Source: Reclinomonas americana ATCC 50394
Lineage: Eukaryota
DNA: 20,000 nt
Reading direction: 5' to 3'
NCBI GenBank assembly: GCA_048213135.1
Contig: PS015489.1
Location: forward strand, 115,024 to 135,023
Shown here: in pieces, positions 1-9,866 of the stretch
Numbering within the stretch: position 1 is the stretch's first letter
Layout of the letters: each line of letters begins with the position of its first letter
The notes under the pieces: model-generated
What the model was told of the DNA's origin: nothing
The model's database searches: none
What the model saw: only the letters and a program-made list of their open reading frames with translations
Translations under genes and position numbers: made by a program

Positions 1-1263
1 GCTGCGGCTGCCGCCGCCGCCTCAGCGTCAGCCTTCTTTTTGCGTCGCTTGTCGCGAAAGGTGACTGCCAGTGCACCGCCGACCGACATGAGAGCGCACA
101 AGACAAAGCTATCGCCCAGGACGCGAATGGTGAGCACCACCGGCCGAAGCATGAGCGGTGGGTGCTTGAAGGCGTTGCTGATCGGTGGAATGAACGCCGC
201 AATGACCGCCAAAGCGGCGGTGATGGTTGGCGGATTCAGAAAGGGCTTGACGAGTGACTTCCAGAGTGGTGGTCGCGGTGTCGCAGCAGCAGCAGATGGT
301 GTTGTCTCTTCTGCGCTCGCGAGAGGTGTGAGAGTCGAGGCAAGCAGATCACTGCTTGGCGTGACCGCACAGACCATCCAGCTGTTGGTACGACTGTTGC
401 TTGGGAGGCGAGAGCATCGGCAGTGCAATGATCCACGGAAGCGTCGCAGACAGCACAATGAACAGCGACACGTAGCTGCGTGCACATGCATGGTGATCAG
501 GAACCATTGCAAGAGAGAGAGAGAAAGAGAGACACCCGCGCAGCAACGCACCCACTGGCCAGCGTCGGCAGATCAACGCCAGGCTCCGCCACACTCGTAA
601 ACACATCGCTCGACACAATCGTCGTGCTCATAGTCAGCGGAATGCTCCCTGCCAAACAAGCAGGCAACTCTGAGCAGCACACCTCGCCAACACGACACAG
701 CATGCACAACCAACCATTGTTCATAAACACCGCACTGGCCATGAGAACCGGTCGCAACGATCGATGCTGTGGCGATCGCATGCACAGACCAAAGATGATC
801 CATGCAACCAACATCCCGATTCCTGTCACGTGGTCAACATAGATGAAAGAGAGAGAGAGACACACAGGAGGAGAGCACTTCATTACTCACCATACACAAA
901 GATGGGCGCCACCATCAGCACCCACAGTTGCGGCAAATCGTCGACATTGACAGTCGCGACAATCTGCACGGATGATGAGATGATTGTTTCCTCTTTGCCT
1001 GCCTCTCGCACAGCTCTTACCTTGCTGAAGAGGAATGCTGGAATGATGAGGTAGAACTGCATCTTGGCCAGCACCTCCGAGAACGAGTCGTGCACCCATT
1101 TGCCAATGATCAGCAGCGCGCCTGCATTGCATTCACAATCACTCTATCGCCTGTGTGTGAGAAAGAGGGAGAGCGACGCACCACTGCCTGCCAACAGAAT
1201 GACCAGGAGCACAGAGGCTGCTGCATCGGCAAAGAGCCGCAACAACAGCGCTCCGTCGAGCAT
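1..1263 (-). CDS. Auxin efflux carrier (AEC/Mem_trans) family membrane transporter, PIN-LIKES (PILS)-like; 3' end lies outside the window
   Basis: Exons 1263-1182, 1121-1021, 963-891, 822-715, 648-552, 475-375 and 310-1 are joined by GT-AG introns of 57-76 nt with consistent phases. The protein reads MLDGALLLRLFADAAASVLLVILLAGSGALL...FYLIIPAFLFSKIVATVNVDDLPQLWVL...AVFMNNGSIPLT...GYVSLFIVLSATLPW...FLNPPTITAALAVIAAFIPP...LGDSFVLCALMSVGGAL. This matches PILS-type motifs (PALxFS, GNLPL-like, NPPTIA, LGD...LGGNL). Confidence 0.85.
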
Positions 1264-1360
1264 GCACACGAACACAGATGACGAATTCGTTTTTCCGATT
1301 CACTTGAACAATCGCTGCGTTCTCTTTCTGTCGCTCGCTGACGTGCATGTGCGAGGCAGG

Positions 1361-4300
1361 CTAGTGCGGGAAGAGCACGAATTCGACGGCAGGCGGAGGC
1401 GAGCGGATGAGATCGGTGGCGTCGGCGGCGATCAGGCGCACGGCGAGGAACGACATTTGCTCCAGAGCCACCACAGTGCTGTTGGCGGCCCACGTGCACA
1501 CCATGCGTTTTACGAAGCCGCTGCCGTCGCGTGGGAAGGCGTTGGGCGAGCGTGAAGATGTGGGCACCACCGGAACGCGGACCACGTGCATCCATGTGGG
1601 GTACGCCACACGGGCGCTCTCAAATACGCGCGGCCAAGGGATCTGTGCGGGAACGGGAATATGAGTGGCTGTCTCGCCAAGAGTCGAAGAAGCATCGGCA
1701 ACGTGCAACTCACCGATCGTTCGTAGCCATAGTACGGAACGTAGATGCGGATGGCGCGCCAGTCAAAGTCGAGCACGCACGCAGTGCAGCATCCGTCGAG
1801 CACAGAGGTGGCTCCGCGAGCGGCCAGTAGCTGCGAAGAAACCACGTGAGACCACCGCTTCGTTCGCAGAGAGAGAGAGGTGAGTGCCACGCAACTGCTG
1901 CCTGCTGCCTCAAGTTCTCCTGCACAAACAGCTCGGTGACTTGCTGCTGCACGTCACGTCTGAGCGACGTCAAGCGGTCGTGATGGAACATCTGCGAGCG
2001 TCTTCAGTTGCAGCTTTCACACATTTGGTATTCTATTTCAACGAACGTACCGCCCGGCGCAGTGTGGTGCGCGTCGGCATCGACAGCTTCTGCCCGATGC
2101 TCGTGCGCAGCATCTTGTGAACACCGCGATGCACCAGCAGATCCGAGTACCTCCGGATCGGACTGGTGAATTGCGTGTAGGCGTCGACGTTGAGCGAGAA
2201 GTGCATCAGGCCGGCCTGCGCGCGACCACACGTACTGTCAAGGAGGAGTAGAATATGCACAGCAAACACAACGACAACGCACTATTGCTTCGGTATTGGT
2301 GGTATCTGACACATCAAAAACGGTGTATCCGCCGGCACGCATGTACCGTGAAAACAGGTGAACCAGTGCCTGTGCGTGCACCATTCTCGAGTCAGTCTCA
2401 TGTACCGTCTCTCTATTTCGCGAGACGATAACAGTACCTCCTTCCTGACGTCCGAGTCGTTCAGTGCATCGACCAAGCGCATGCAGCGGCGCAAGTAGTG
2501 CAAATCGTCCTCTCCACGCTCCTCTTGCACTCGGAAAATGGCTTCGACGCAGCGCGCAAACGTCTGTCGGTGTGGTGACGGATCGCTGTTGCGTGCTGGT
2601 TGGTGGCGGAAAATGGCACCAAACTCCTGCAACTCCTGCCACTCCTCGGCCGTGCGTTGCTCCTCCGCAGGGCACGGTATCAATTCGCACACCGGTCCGA
2701 GTGTCGCCGGCACCGTCACTTCCGCTGCGCTCACAAACAATCACGCGAGGTGAGCTCACATGTGCGACGGTAAACTGCATCTTCGAATCACACCTTTGCC
2801 GCCACGTGAGGCACTCAGGCTCAAGAAGCGACGGAGATGAGCGGCGCAGTGCGTGTTGGCCAGATTCATGAGCTCCTCAATCATCTGTGCGGCCAAGTTC
2901 GGGCGCTCGAATGAAAGCTCCACAGAGCCCACTGTGTGCGTTGGCAGGGTGTGAGGCGACAGGGGGGAAATGAGGCGACACCAAACGACGACACTTGCAA
3001 GCACGCTCACCACCCGGCAACGCTGCGTCCTTGCGGTATGTGCCACCAAACACCTTCTCCGGACGATCGAGCGACAGCGCACCGCCAACCAGGCGCTGGC
3101 GGCGCAGGCTGGCGGTGATTCCGTACAGTGAGCGCACAGCGTTGAAGACATCCTCCACGCGCTCCGGCGGCACCGAACGCAAAGCGGCGGCCGACGGTGG
3201 GAGAGTGCCGTCGAGAATCGACTGCGCCGTCGGGTAGTCGAGAGCGACCCACGACGACACAACACTGGTGCACAGACGCGACGAGATGACGATAAAGTCG
3301 CCCGAGCCCTGTGCACACCACAAAAAGAGTGAGTGCGCACGAAAGATGTCACACGCATCTACTGAAGCAAACTCACCGGATCGTGGCGCACGCGCACGAG
3401 AACCGACAAGCACAAGCGCTCCGTGTTCGGGTTCAGGCTGCAAACGCCGGCCGAGATGCGCTCCGGCAGCATGGAGTCCACGGCACCGAATGGCGTGTAC
3501 ATGGAAATCGACGCCGCCTTGGCCGCCAAGTCGAGCTCCGATCCCTCGGGCACATAGGCCGCCACATCGGAAATGTGCACACCCAACTCAAACTCGCCAC
3601 CTGCGACTCGCAAATGTCAGCTGCAACTGCACGTACGAGTGCGGCAGTGAAGACGACAGACAAGCACGCACCACCGACATGGCGCAAGTGCACTGCATCG
3701 TCCATGACGTTGGTGTCGGGTCGGTCGATGGTGAAGACGCACTGTGCGCGCAGATCAACACGCTCCTCCAACACTGCACAGAGCATCTCGTGAACACATG
3801 CATCATCTGTCAATCCCACTTCCACCGACATGCAGCAGCGTACCCTTTGGATCGACACGCGCCTCGCTGCGCATGAGTCCCGGATATCGGTCGTCGACTG
3901 GCGCCGCTGTGGCGAATTCGGGGAGGCGGTAGAACAGTTCGGCGGCCTCGTCACGCACGCACTGGAATTGCAAAAAGTAGGCCACCTCCACGGTCTTCAG
4001 GTTGGAGGCGTCGCCCAGGACATCGGCCACACGTCGCACCGACGGGAAGCCTCGCTTCTCCGTCCAGTCGCCCAACTCCACCGAGAGGATCTTGCCCATC
4101 AATCCTTGCGGACCCGGCAGTTTGTGCGCATGCGCCGCACCCGTCATCTGCTTAATGTGCACGGCGCAGCGCGGCAGACGGCTGTTCAGCGGCTGAAGCA
4201 ACGTGAAGAATTCGCCGAGATTCGTCGAGTCGTCGAGGATGCCGACGGCGCGGACCACGCGCGGTCGGTCGGCGTACACGATCTCGCCAGTCACCACTGT

Positions 4301-4766
4301 TGCACAAACACCAGCAAATGATAACCAAGCACGAAACAGGGGGGAAATGCACAGGCATATCGCGGCACCTTCAGACAGTGTCCGGTCGCGCAGCGGGATG
4401 GGTGACGCGCTAACCTCGCCATCAGAAGTCGGCTGTGGCGCACAGTGAGCACGTTGCTCCTCAAACAGCACACATTGTTATCAATCCTCACACGTACCTC
4501 GTACAGGCTGACCACCACGTGGTCGCCATCGAGAGCACGATTGCGCAGCGTGGCTGACAGGATGCGCACGACACCACCATTGTCCAAGCCGACTTCGGCG
4601 TACGAGTCGCTCTTGCAGTAGAGGGTGCCCTCCATCAGCTTTCCCGATCGGCAGCCGGCGTCGAGTGACCGCGGCGACAAGTACGGAGTGTAGTTGTTGC
4701 TCGGCAGTCCTGGCGGACCGACTGCCTTGAGCGACGAGCCGCGTGGACGACTGCCACCGGCGTCAG
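1361..4766 (-). other. CSD1-CSD2-RNB-S1 region (DIS3/DIS3L2-type exonuclease core, no PIN domain)
   Basis: CSD1: [10 protein letters not shown]...GKLMEGTL...[17 protein letters not shown]2: PLNSRLP...[113 protein letters not shown]1: [22 protein letters not shown]. Confidence 0.93.
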
Positions 4767-7172
4767 CTGTGTGGCGAGGTGAGTGACAAGCACCCGACAG
4801 CAGGAGACATGAAGAAGTATGGACGAACCAGCAGCCGAAGCAGAGGGGAAGAGAGGACCACTGGTCACCTCGTCGACTGAGCCACCGTGCGCCTGGTTGA
4901 TGAGGATGGTATGTGTGCGAGCGCACGCGTCGACCAGCGCCTTGAGCAGCGGCGGCTTGTTGAAGGCCAGCAGATTGCAGTCGAATTGGACCGGATCCAC
5001 TGCGCGAGTAGGGAAAGAGGAAGATGAGTCGGGGGAAGTGATGCAGTGCGCTCTCGCCAGAATGCATGCACGTACCGACTACGAATTCACGCGCGTCATC
5101 TCCGACACGGTGAGACAAATGCACCGAGAGCGTCAGGTGATGGAGCGAGCACACGGCATCGGTTTGCCAATCAAAGTCACGCAGGTTGCCGAACAGCGAG
5201 AAAAAGTCGGCCACCACTGCTTCGGTCAGCGAGTCCTCCTGTTGACGGAAAAGCAGCAACATGAATACTCATAGAGCAAGCGCGCACACCACGCATTGCA
5301 CTATCTCTCTCACCTTCTTGGTGGGCACCGACAGAATTTCCGCGGCCAGATCCGACATGAGGAACGCGGTCTCGTCGTGCGACTCGGGATGGCGCACATC
5401 CTCCAGGCCGTGCGTCACCCACCCGGCCTGGAAGGCCTGCGCGCCGACCTTGACCATGAAGCCGCCAATCAGATCGGTCAGTGCGGGGAGGGCCAGGGCC
5501 GTCGAGTATGTCAGAGCTGGAGTGATCTGTGTTGACGTGCAGTCAGTCAGCATTGAGGGGGAGAAAGAGAGTTGGAGGAAGAGAAGAAACACGCAACATG
5601 TGGGTACGGCGCCAGCTGCTGGATGCGTGCATCTTGGAAACGCGCAAACACCACTTCGGCTAGCCGATCCAGCGCCTCAATACCGTCGGCACGCCGATTG
5701 CGCGACGTGCGCTCCAACACAAAGTACACCACCATGTGGGCGAGTGCCTCGAGCGAGATGGAGTCGTCATTCTCGAACCCCAACAGATCGGCACGGCACC
5801 ACGCGGTGAGTGACGGCAGCTTTGCTTGCAACGCCGCCACCACCTCTGCCGGATCCTGCAAGTACGGCACCGCGTAGCCACACGTGCGTGCCCAGTGAAT
5901 GACCGCATCCAGCAACTCCACAATCAGCTGTCGCTCTCGCGGTGTGTACGTCTCCAGTGCCTCATTCAGCGCCGTCATCTGCGACTCTAGTGTCAGTGGT
6001 TGCGGGGAGGGACACGACTGCCGAGAGACGCAACTCCAGCCATGCGCCAAAAGATGTTGATCGAGACGTTGAATCGCTGACTGGTGCACATGCAGTACAG
6101 ACCCGACTTGGCGCGATGCTTCATGCGCACGTCGGTGTAGTTGCCGGCTGAAGCACACACACACGAAATGGAAACAGAGTGTCAGAGGTAGTTCGAGAGG
6201 CGGGAAACAAAGGAGCAGAGAAGAGACAGCGCATAGAGAAAAAACGACAGACCTCTAGAGAAGGTGGCATGCTTCTCATTGAAGCAGAAATGTAACACTG
6301 AGTGCGGAGAGAGAGAGAGAGANNNNNNNNNNNNNNNNNNNNNNNNNNNNNNNNNNNNNNNNNNNNNNNNNNNNNNNNNNNNNNNNNNNNNNNNNNNNNN
6401 NNNNNNNNNNNNNNNNNNNNNNNNNNNNNNNNNNNNNNNNNNNNNNNNNNNNNNNNNNNNNNNNNNNNNNNNNNNNNNNNNNNNNNNNNNNNNNNNNNNN
6501 NNNNNNNNNNNNNNNNNNNNNNNNNNNNNNNNNNNNNNNNNNNNNNNNNNNNNNNNNNNNNNNNNNNNNNNNNNNNNNNNNNNNNNNNNNNNNNNNNNNN
6601 NNNNNNNNNNNNNNNNNNNNNNNNNNNNNNNNNNNNNNNNNNNNNNNNNNNNNNNNNNNNNNNNNNNNNNNNNNNNNNNNNNNNNNNNNNNNNNNNNNNN
6701 NNNNNNNNNNNNNNNNNNNNNNNNNNNNNNNNNNNNNNNNNNNNNNNNNNNNNNNNNNNNNNNNNNNNNNNNNNNNNNNNNNNNNNNNNNNNNNNNNNNN
6801 NNNNNNNNNNNNNNNNNNNNNNNNNNNNNNNNNNNNNNNNNNNNNNNNNNNNNNNNNNNNNNNNNNNNNNNNNNNNNNNNNNNNNNNNNNNNNNNNNNNN
6901 NNNNNNNNNNNNNNNNNNNNNNNNNNNNNNNNNNNNNNNNNNNNNNNNNNNNNNNNNNNNNNNNNNNNNNNNNNNNNNNNNNNNNNNNNNNNNNNNNNNN
7001 NNNNNNNNNNNNNNNNNNNNNNNNNNNNNNNNNNNNNNNNNNNNNNNNNNNNNNNNNNNNNNNNNNNNNNNNNNNNNNNNNNNNNNNNNNNNNNNNNNNN
7101 NNNNNNNNNNNNNNNNNNNNNNNNNNNNNNNNNNNNNNNNNNNNNNNNNNNNNNNNNNNNNNNNNNNNNNNN

Positions 7173-7254
<82 letters not shown>

Positions 7255-8103
7255 GGGAGGGGGAGGGAGAGAGCCCAAGAAGATCCCCAACTCTGGAGAT
7301 GCGAGCGTGCTCCTCAATGAAGCAGACATGCATCACCAACTGCTCATACAGAGACCAAGAAGAGATCTCTGAACTCTCAAACTCAGGGGAGACAAGAGCA
7401 ATCAGTGAAGCAGACATGGTGCTCACAGAGAGACTGTGAGACCAAGAAGAGATCTCTCTCAACCCAGCTTTGGCAAAGATGAGCACGCTCCTCAGTGAAG
7501 CTGCCATGACGCACCAACCTCATTCACTGCTCTTCCCAACTGCTCGTGGAGGAGAGATCACTACCCTCACTTCCCAATGCTCAGTGAGCGCCACCCATCT
7601 CCCATCTCCCATCTCCCATCTCCCTTCTCACCCTGCTTGAGTCGCCGAATGACATCCTTGATGGCGGCGACGCGTGCATCGGGATCGGCCTCGCACGTCG
7701 GCACCGCCGGCAATACCACATGCGACACCGACGCATCGACAAACGCCGGCACCGACTCGCGCTCAATCAACGACACTTGCAGAATGTCGCGCGTCGAGTG
7801 CAATGGCAGAAACGGCGACGCAGACAAGAGCACAGGATGACACTCAATGCCTACACAATGCGCGCCAAAAATTGATCAGCAATCAGAGACAAGTCAAACT
7901 GTCGCTGTTACTTCAGTGCGCGCGCATGTATATGTGTATGCAGAGAGAGCAGAGAGAGAGCGAGCGTGTGTGTGTGTGTGAGACAAGTGCGTGCGTTTGT
8001 GCGCGCGATGGTCGTGACACATGACCACGCAACTCTTGTGTGGCACGGCCAGTGCGACTTCCAGCTCGCGCAGACATGCCGCGCGTTGTGCGTCCAAGTC
8101 CAT
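1361..8103 (-). CDS. DIS3L2/RNase II-family (RNB) 3'-5' exoribonuclease with an N-terminal degenerate Cid1/TUTase/Trf4-like nucleotidyltransferase + PAP-associated module; about 1303 aa, 20 exons
   Basis: Exons: 8103-8034, 7850-7632, 6147-6035, 5978-5598, 5526-5314, 5238-5076, 4999-4829, 4766-4498, 4432-4369, 4296-3844, 3773-3672, 3600-3377, 3308-3011, 2931-2794, 2724-2438, 2369-2283, 2215-2051, 1991-1896, 1830-1714, 1642-1361. All introns are GT-AG, phases are consistent, and the total of 3912 nt ends in TAG. Extra exons could be hidden in the N gap. Confidence 0.8.
6307..7250. repeat. (GA)n microsatellite flanking the gap (6307-6322 and 7172-7250)
   Basis: Perfect GA dinucleotide runs on both sides of the N run. 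Confidence 0.95.
6323..7171. other. Assembly gap (849 N)
   Basis: Run of N flanked on both sides by (GA)n. Confidence 1.
7271..7520. repeat. Degenerate intronic tandem repeat, unit about 80-90 nt, about 3 copies
   Basis: GAGACCAAGAAGAGATCTCT at 7351 and 7438, with a variant at 7271. TGAAGCAGACATG at 7318 and 7406, with a variant at 7496. A related TGAAGCAGAAATG lies at 6280, on the other side of the gap. Confidence 0.7.
7594..7624. repeat. (CCCATCT)4 heptamer tandem repeat at the 5' end of the long intron
   Basis: cccatctcccatctcccatctcccatctccc. Confidence 0.9.
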
Positions 8104-8451
8104 TGTGAATGCGCGGGCTTGTCACAACAACCACGACAAAAAGGAGTTGTCCTGCAGCTGCATGCATGCAAACCCAGCGACGTCGAAGCTAGTCGTTCGC
8201 TGCCAGCTCATTCTTTGTACGCTTTACATAATGCTGCATACAAGTCGTCTGTGCAGCGAGCCTGATCGCGTCACGTCCATGCATCTTGCGCGACGTCGTG
8301 CATTGCAAACTTCGCCGTGAAGAATGCACCAGCTTGCTTCACACAACATGCACTACACCGCTTGAAGATGCATCGTACACCACTCTGTCTCAGAAGAAAG
8401 CTGTGATCGCATGCGCACAGGACACGCGATTGCACGGACCCCCACCCATAA
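8104..8451. promoter_or_regulatory. Putative bidirectional promoter / head-to-head intergenic region (348 bp)
   Basis: Lies between the divergent ATGs at 8103 (-) and 8452 (+). Inferred from gene geometry only; no core motif identified. Confidence 0.45.
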
Positions 8452-9665
8452 ATGCGTCTTTTGAGCGCAACTTGCTTTGCACTTGCTCTGTGCCTGGCCG
8501 TGGTGCTGTCGCTCAGCGCAGCGCCCACTCATGCAGTGCCACCCACCATGCCTCTGTACTATCAGATGGAGTGGGTGCTGTGGCATGTTGCGTTTGTGTT
8601 TCTCCGAGGTTGACTGCACACACTCCAACTCACTCGCGCGCACATCAGGTGGACGAAGACAACATCCCGCCTCCATATGGACTCACTCCGCCTCCGAATG
8701 CGCATGTGGAACAAGGCCGCGGTCGCACGTTTTACGACTGGACGCAGCGCGCAATGATCGAGATGTGTGTGCACAAGAAGAAGCTTGTGTATTGTGTGGA
8801 TCGTCAGCTGCTCATCTTGTTTTTTGGTTGCAGTTACGACGACTTTTGTGTCAACATCTTCCCCGATCCCACTGACCATCCGGGCCCATGCAAGTTCCTC
8901 AATGTCAACGAGACCTCGTTTCGCACCACTCTGCGTCGACTCATCACTCGCAGCCGGAGGTCTCACTCGTTTGACTGAACGCAGGTACTTGATCAACAGT
9001 GATCCGGTGCACTACCCCAACGATCCCGTGTGCTGCGTGTTTTCGGTGCGTTTTTTGCCGCGATGCTTGTGATGTCGTGTGTCGTCTCACTGCGGCAACA
9101 GCACAACTTCCATCCTCCGGCGCCGACCTTCTTGATCGACAACAAGGATGTGATCCCGAATGGAGTTGCGTGACTCTCGCTTCCGTCTCTTGCTCTCTGT
9201 CTGCGACCTCTCATCTGTGCTGTGCAGATGTCGTACATTGGCTCGGCTCCGGTTCGTGGCACTCATGCGAAGCGAGAAATGCGTGCGCTCACTCACGTGT
9301 GTGTTGCAGGTCACCTGGTACGAGGTGCCGAAGGGTGATGGCGCGCCATTCAACTATGGGTGCGGAATATCTCCCGTCGTCACTCATCCTCTGCAGCACT
9401 CTTGCTCACCTTCTTTGTCCTCGCTCAGCTTCTACGACGAGAAGGCGCCGGTGCCGGCCGCCTTTAGCTTCCCTGCCGTCACGGTTCGTGGGCGCGTGCT
9501 GTGCTCACCGTGTCACGCCTTCGTGAGTTCTCACCTGTGCAATTGCGCACGCAGGGTTGGGACTGGCAGCGCTTCTACAACTTCCGCGCCGCCAAGCCTG
9601 ATCCGAGCGTCTTCCACCTGGATCCGCGTTGCCTCACTGCCGACTACTGCAAGATCCACCTGTAA
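8452..9665 (+). CDS. Secreted ependymin-related (EPDR/LolA-fold)-like protein, about 232 aa, 9 exons
   Basis: Exons 8452-8586, 8649-8764, 8834-8917, 8985-9045, 9102-9164, 9228-9251, 9310-9359, 9429-9483 and 9555-9665 have consistent phases and end in TAA. Signal peptide MRLLSATCFALALCLAVVLSLSA, then PPTMPLYYQ, GRTFYDW, CCVFSHNFHPPAPTFL, and C-terminal FYNFRAAKPDPSVFHLDPRC, which resembles EPDR-like proteins. The gene model is secure; the family call is tentative. Confidence 0.7.
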
Positions 9666-9866
9666 TGCGACGCCGCGTTCACCAACAACAGCAGCAACAA
9701 CACAACACAACAAATTTCAATTTTTTCAACGTAGGCACAAAAAACATCTCAACATTTCGAGAAAAAACACAGTGAACAACAACAACACAGAGAAGCACAC
9801 GCAGCTAATCACGGTGTTCTCTTTTTTAAGAGTACAAATACAGCAGTCTTGCAACTGCAAAACGGA

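Larger units (their letters stand above)
6148..7631 (-). other. Long intron (about 1.48 kb as scaffolded) of the NTase-RNB gene, containing the assembly gap
   Basis: Donor G|GTGAGA at 7631 and acceptor TTCAG| at 6148. The phase-1 join gives RLKQ-A-GNYTDV. Confidence 0.75.
4900..8103 (-). other. Degenerate non-canonical poly(A)/poly(U) polymerase-like (Pol beta NTase + PAP_assoc) region of the fusion protein
   Basis: Motif-like segments occur in the expected order: [25 protein letters not shown] (GS...DxD position), [25 protein letters not shown]...NVSINIF (ARVPI...DIS position), [20 protein letters not shown] (LK.WA..RG), [15 protein letters not shown] (LSSYAL.LMVI.FL), [22 protein letters not shown] (FF.FY...FD....IS) and [12 protein letters not shown] (I.DP....N). 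Manual alignment only. Confidence 0.65.

Noticed and set aside
5100-5155. Possible extra intron starting GTGTGC in the PAP_assoc-like exon
   Set aside because: The only nearby acceptor leads to an in-frame TAG, and the unspliced frame is open with sensible domain spacing.
5979-6047. GC donor (TTG|GCGCAT) that would keep the ORF-track frame [11 protein letters not shown]
   Set aside because: The other frame ([13 protein letters not shown]...SINIF) matches the phase of the upstream exon and the NTase motif order, and it uses a GTTGCGT donor at 6034.
40-6151. Plus-strand ORFs over the transporter and exonuclease genes
   Set aside because: Antisense shadows in GC-rich coding DNA with no recognisable motifs; splice signals are all oriented to the minus strand.
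6121-7507. Long ORFs (356-441 aa) with SL/ER repeats and X runs
   Set aside because: Artefacts of reading through the (GA)n microsatellite and the N gap; the region is intronic.
7271-7520. CRISPR-like or transposon interpretation of the spaced repeats
   Set aside because: Eukaryotic intron with degenerate units, no unique spacers, no terminal repeats and no transposase or cas ORF.
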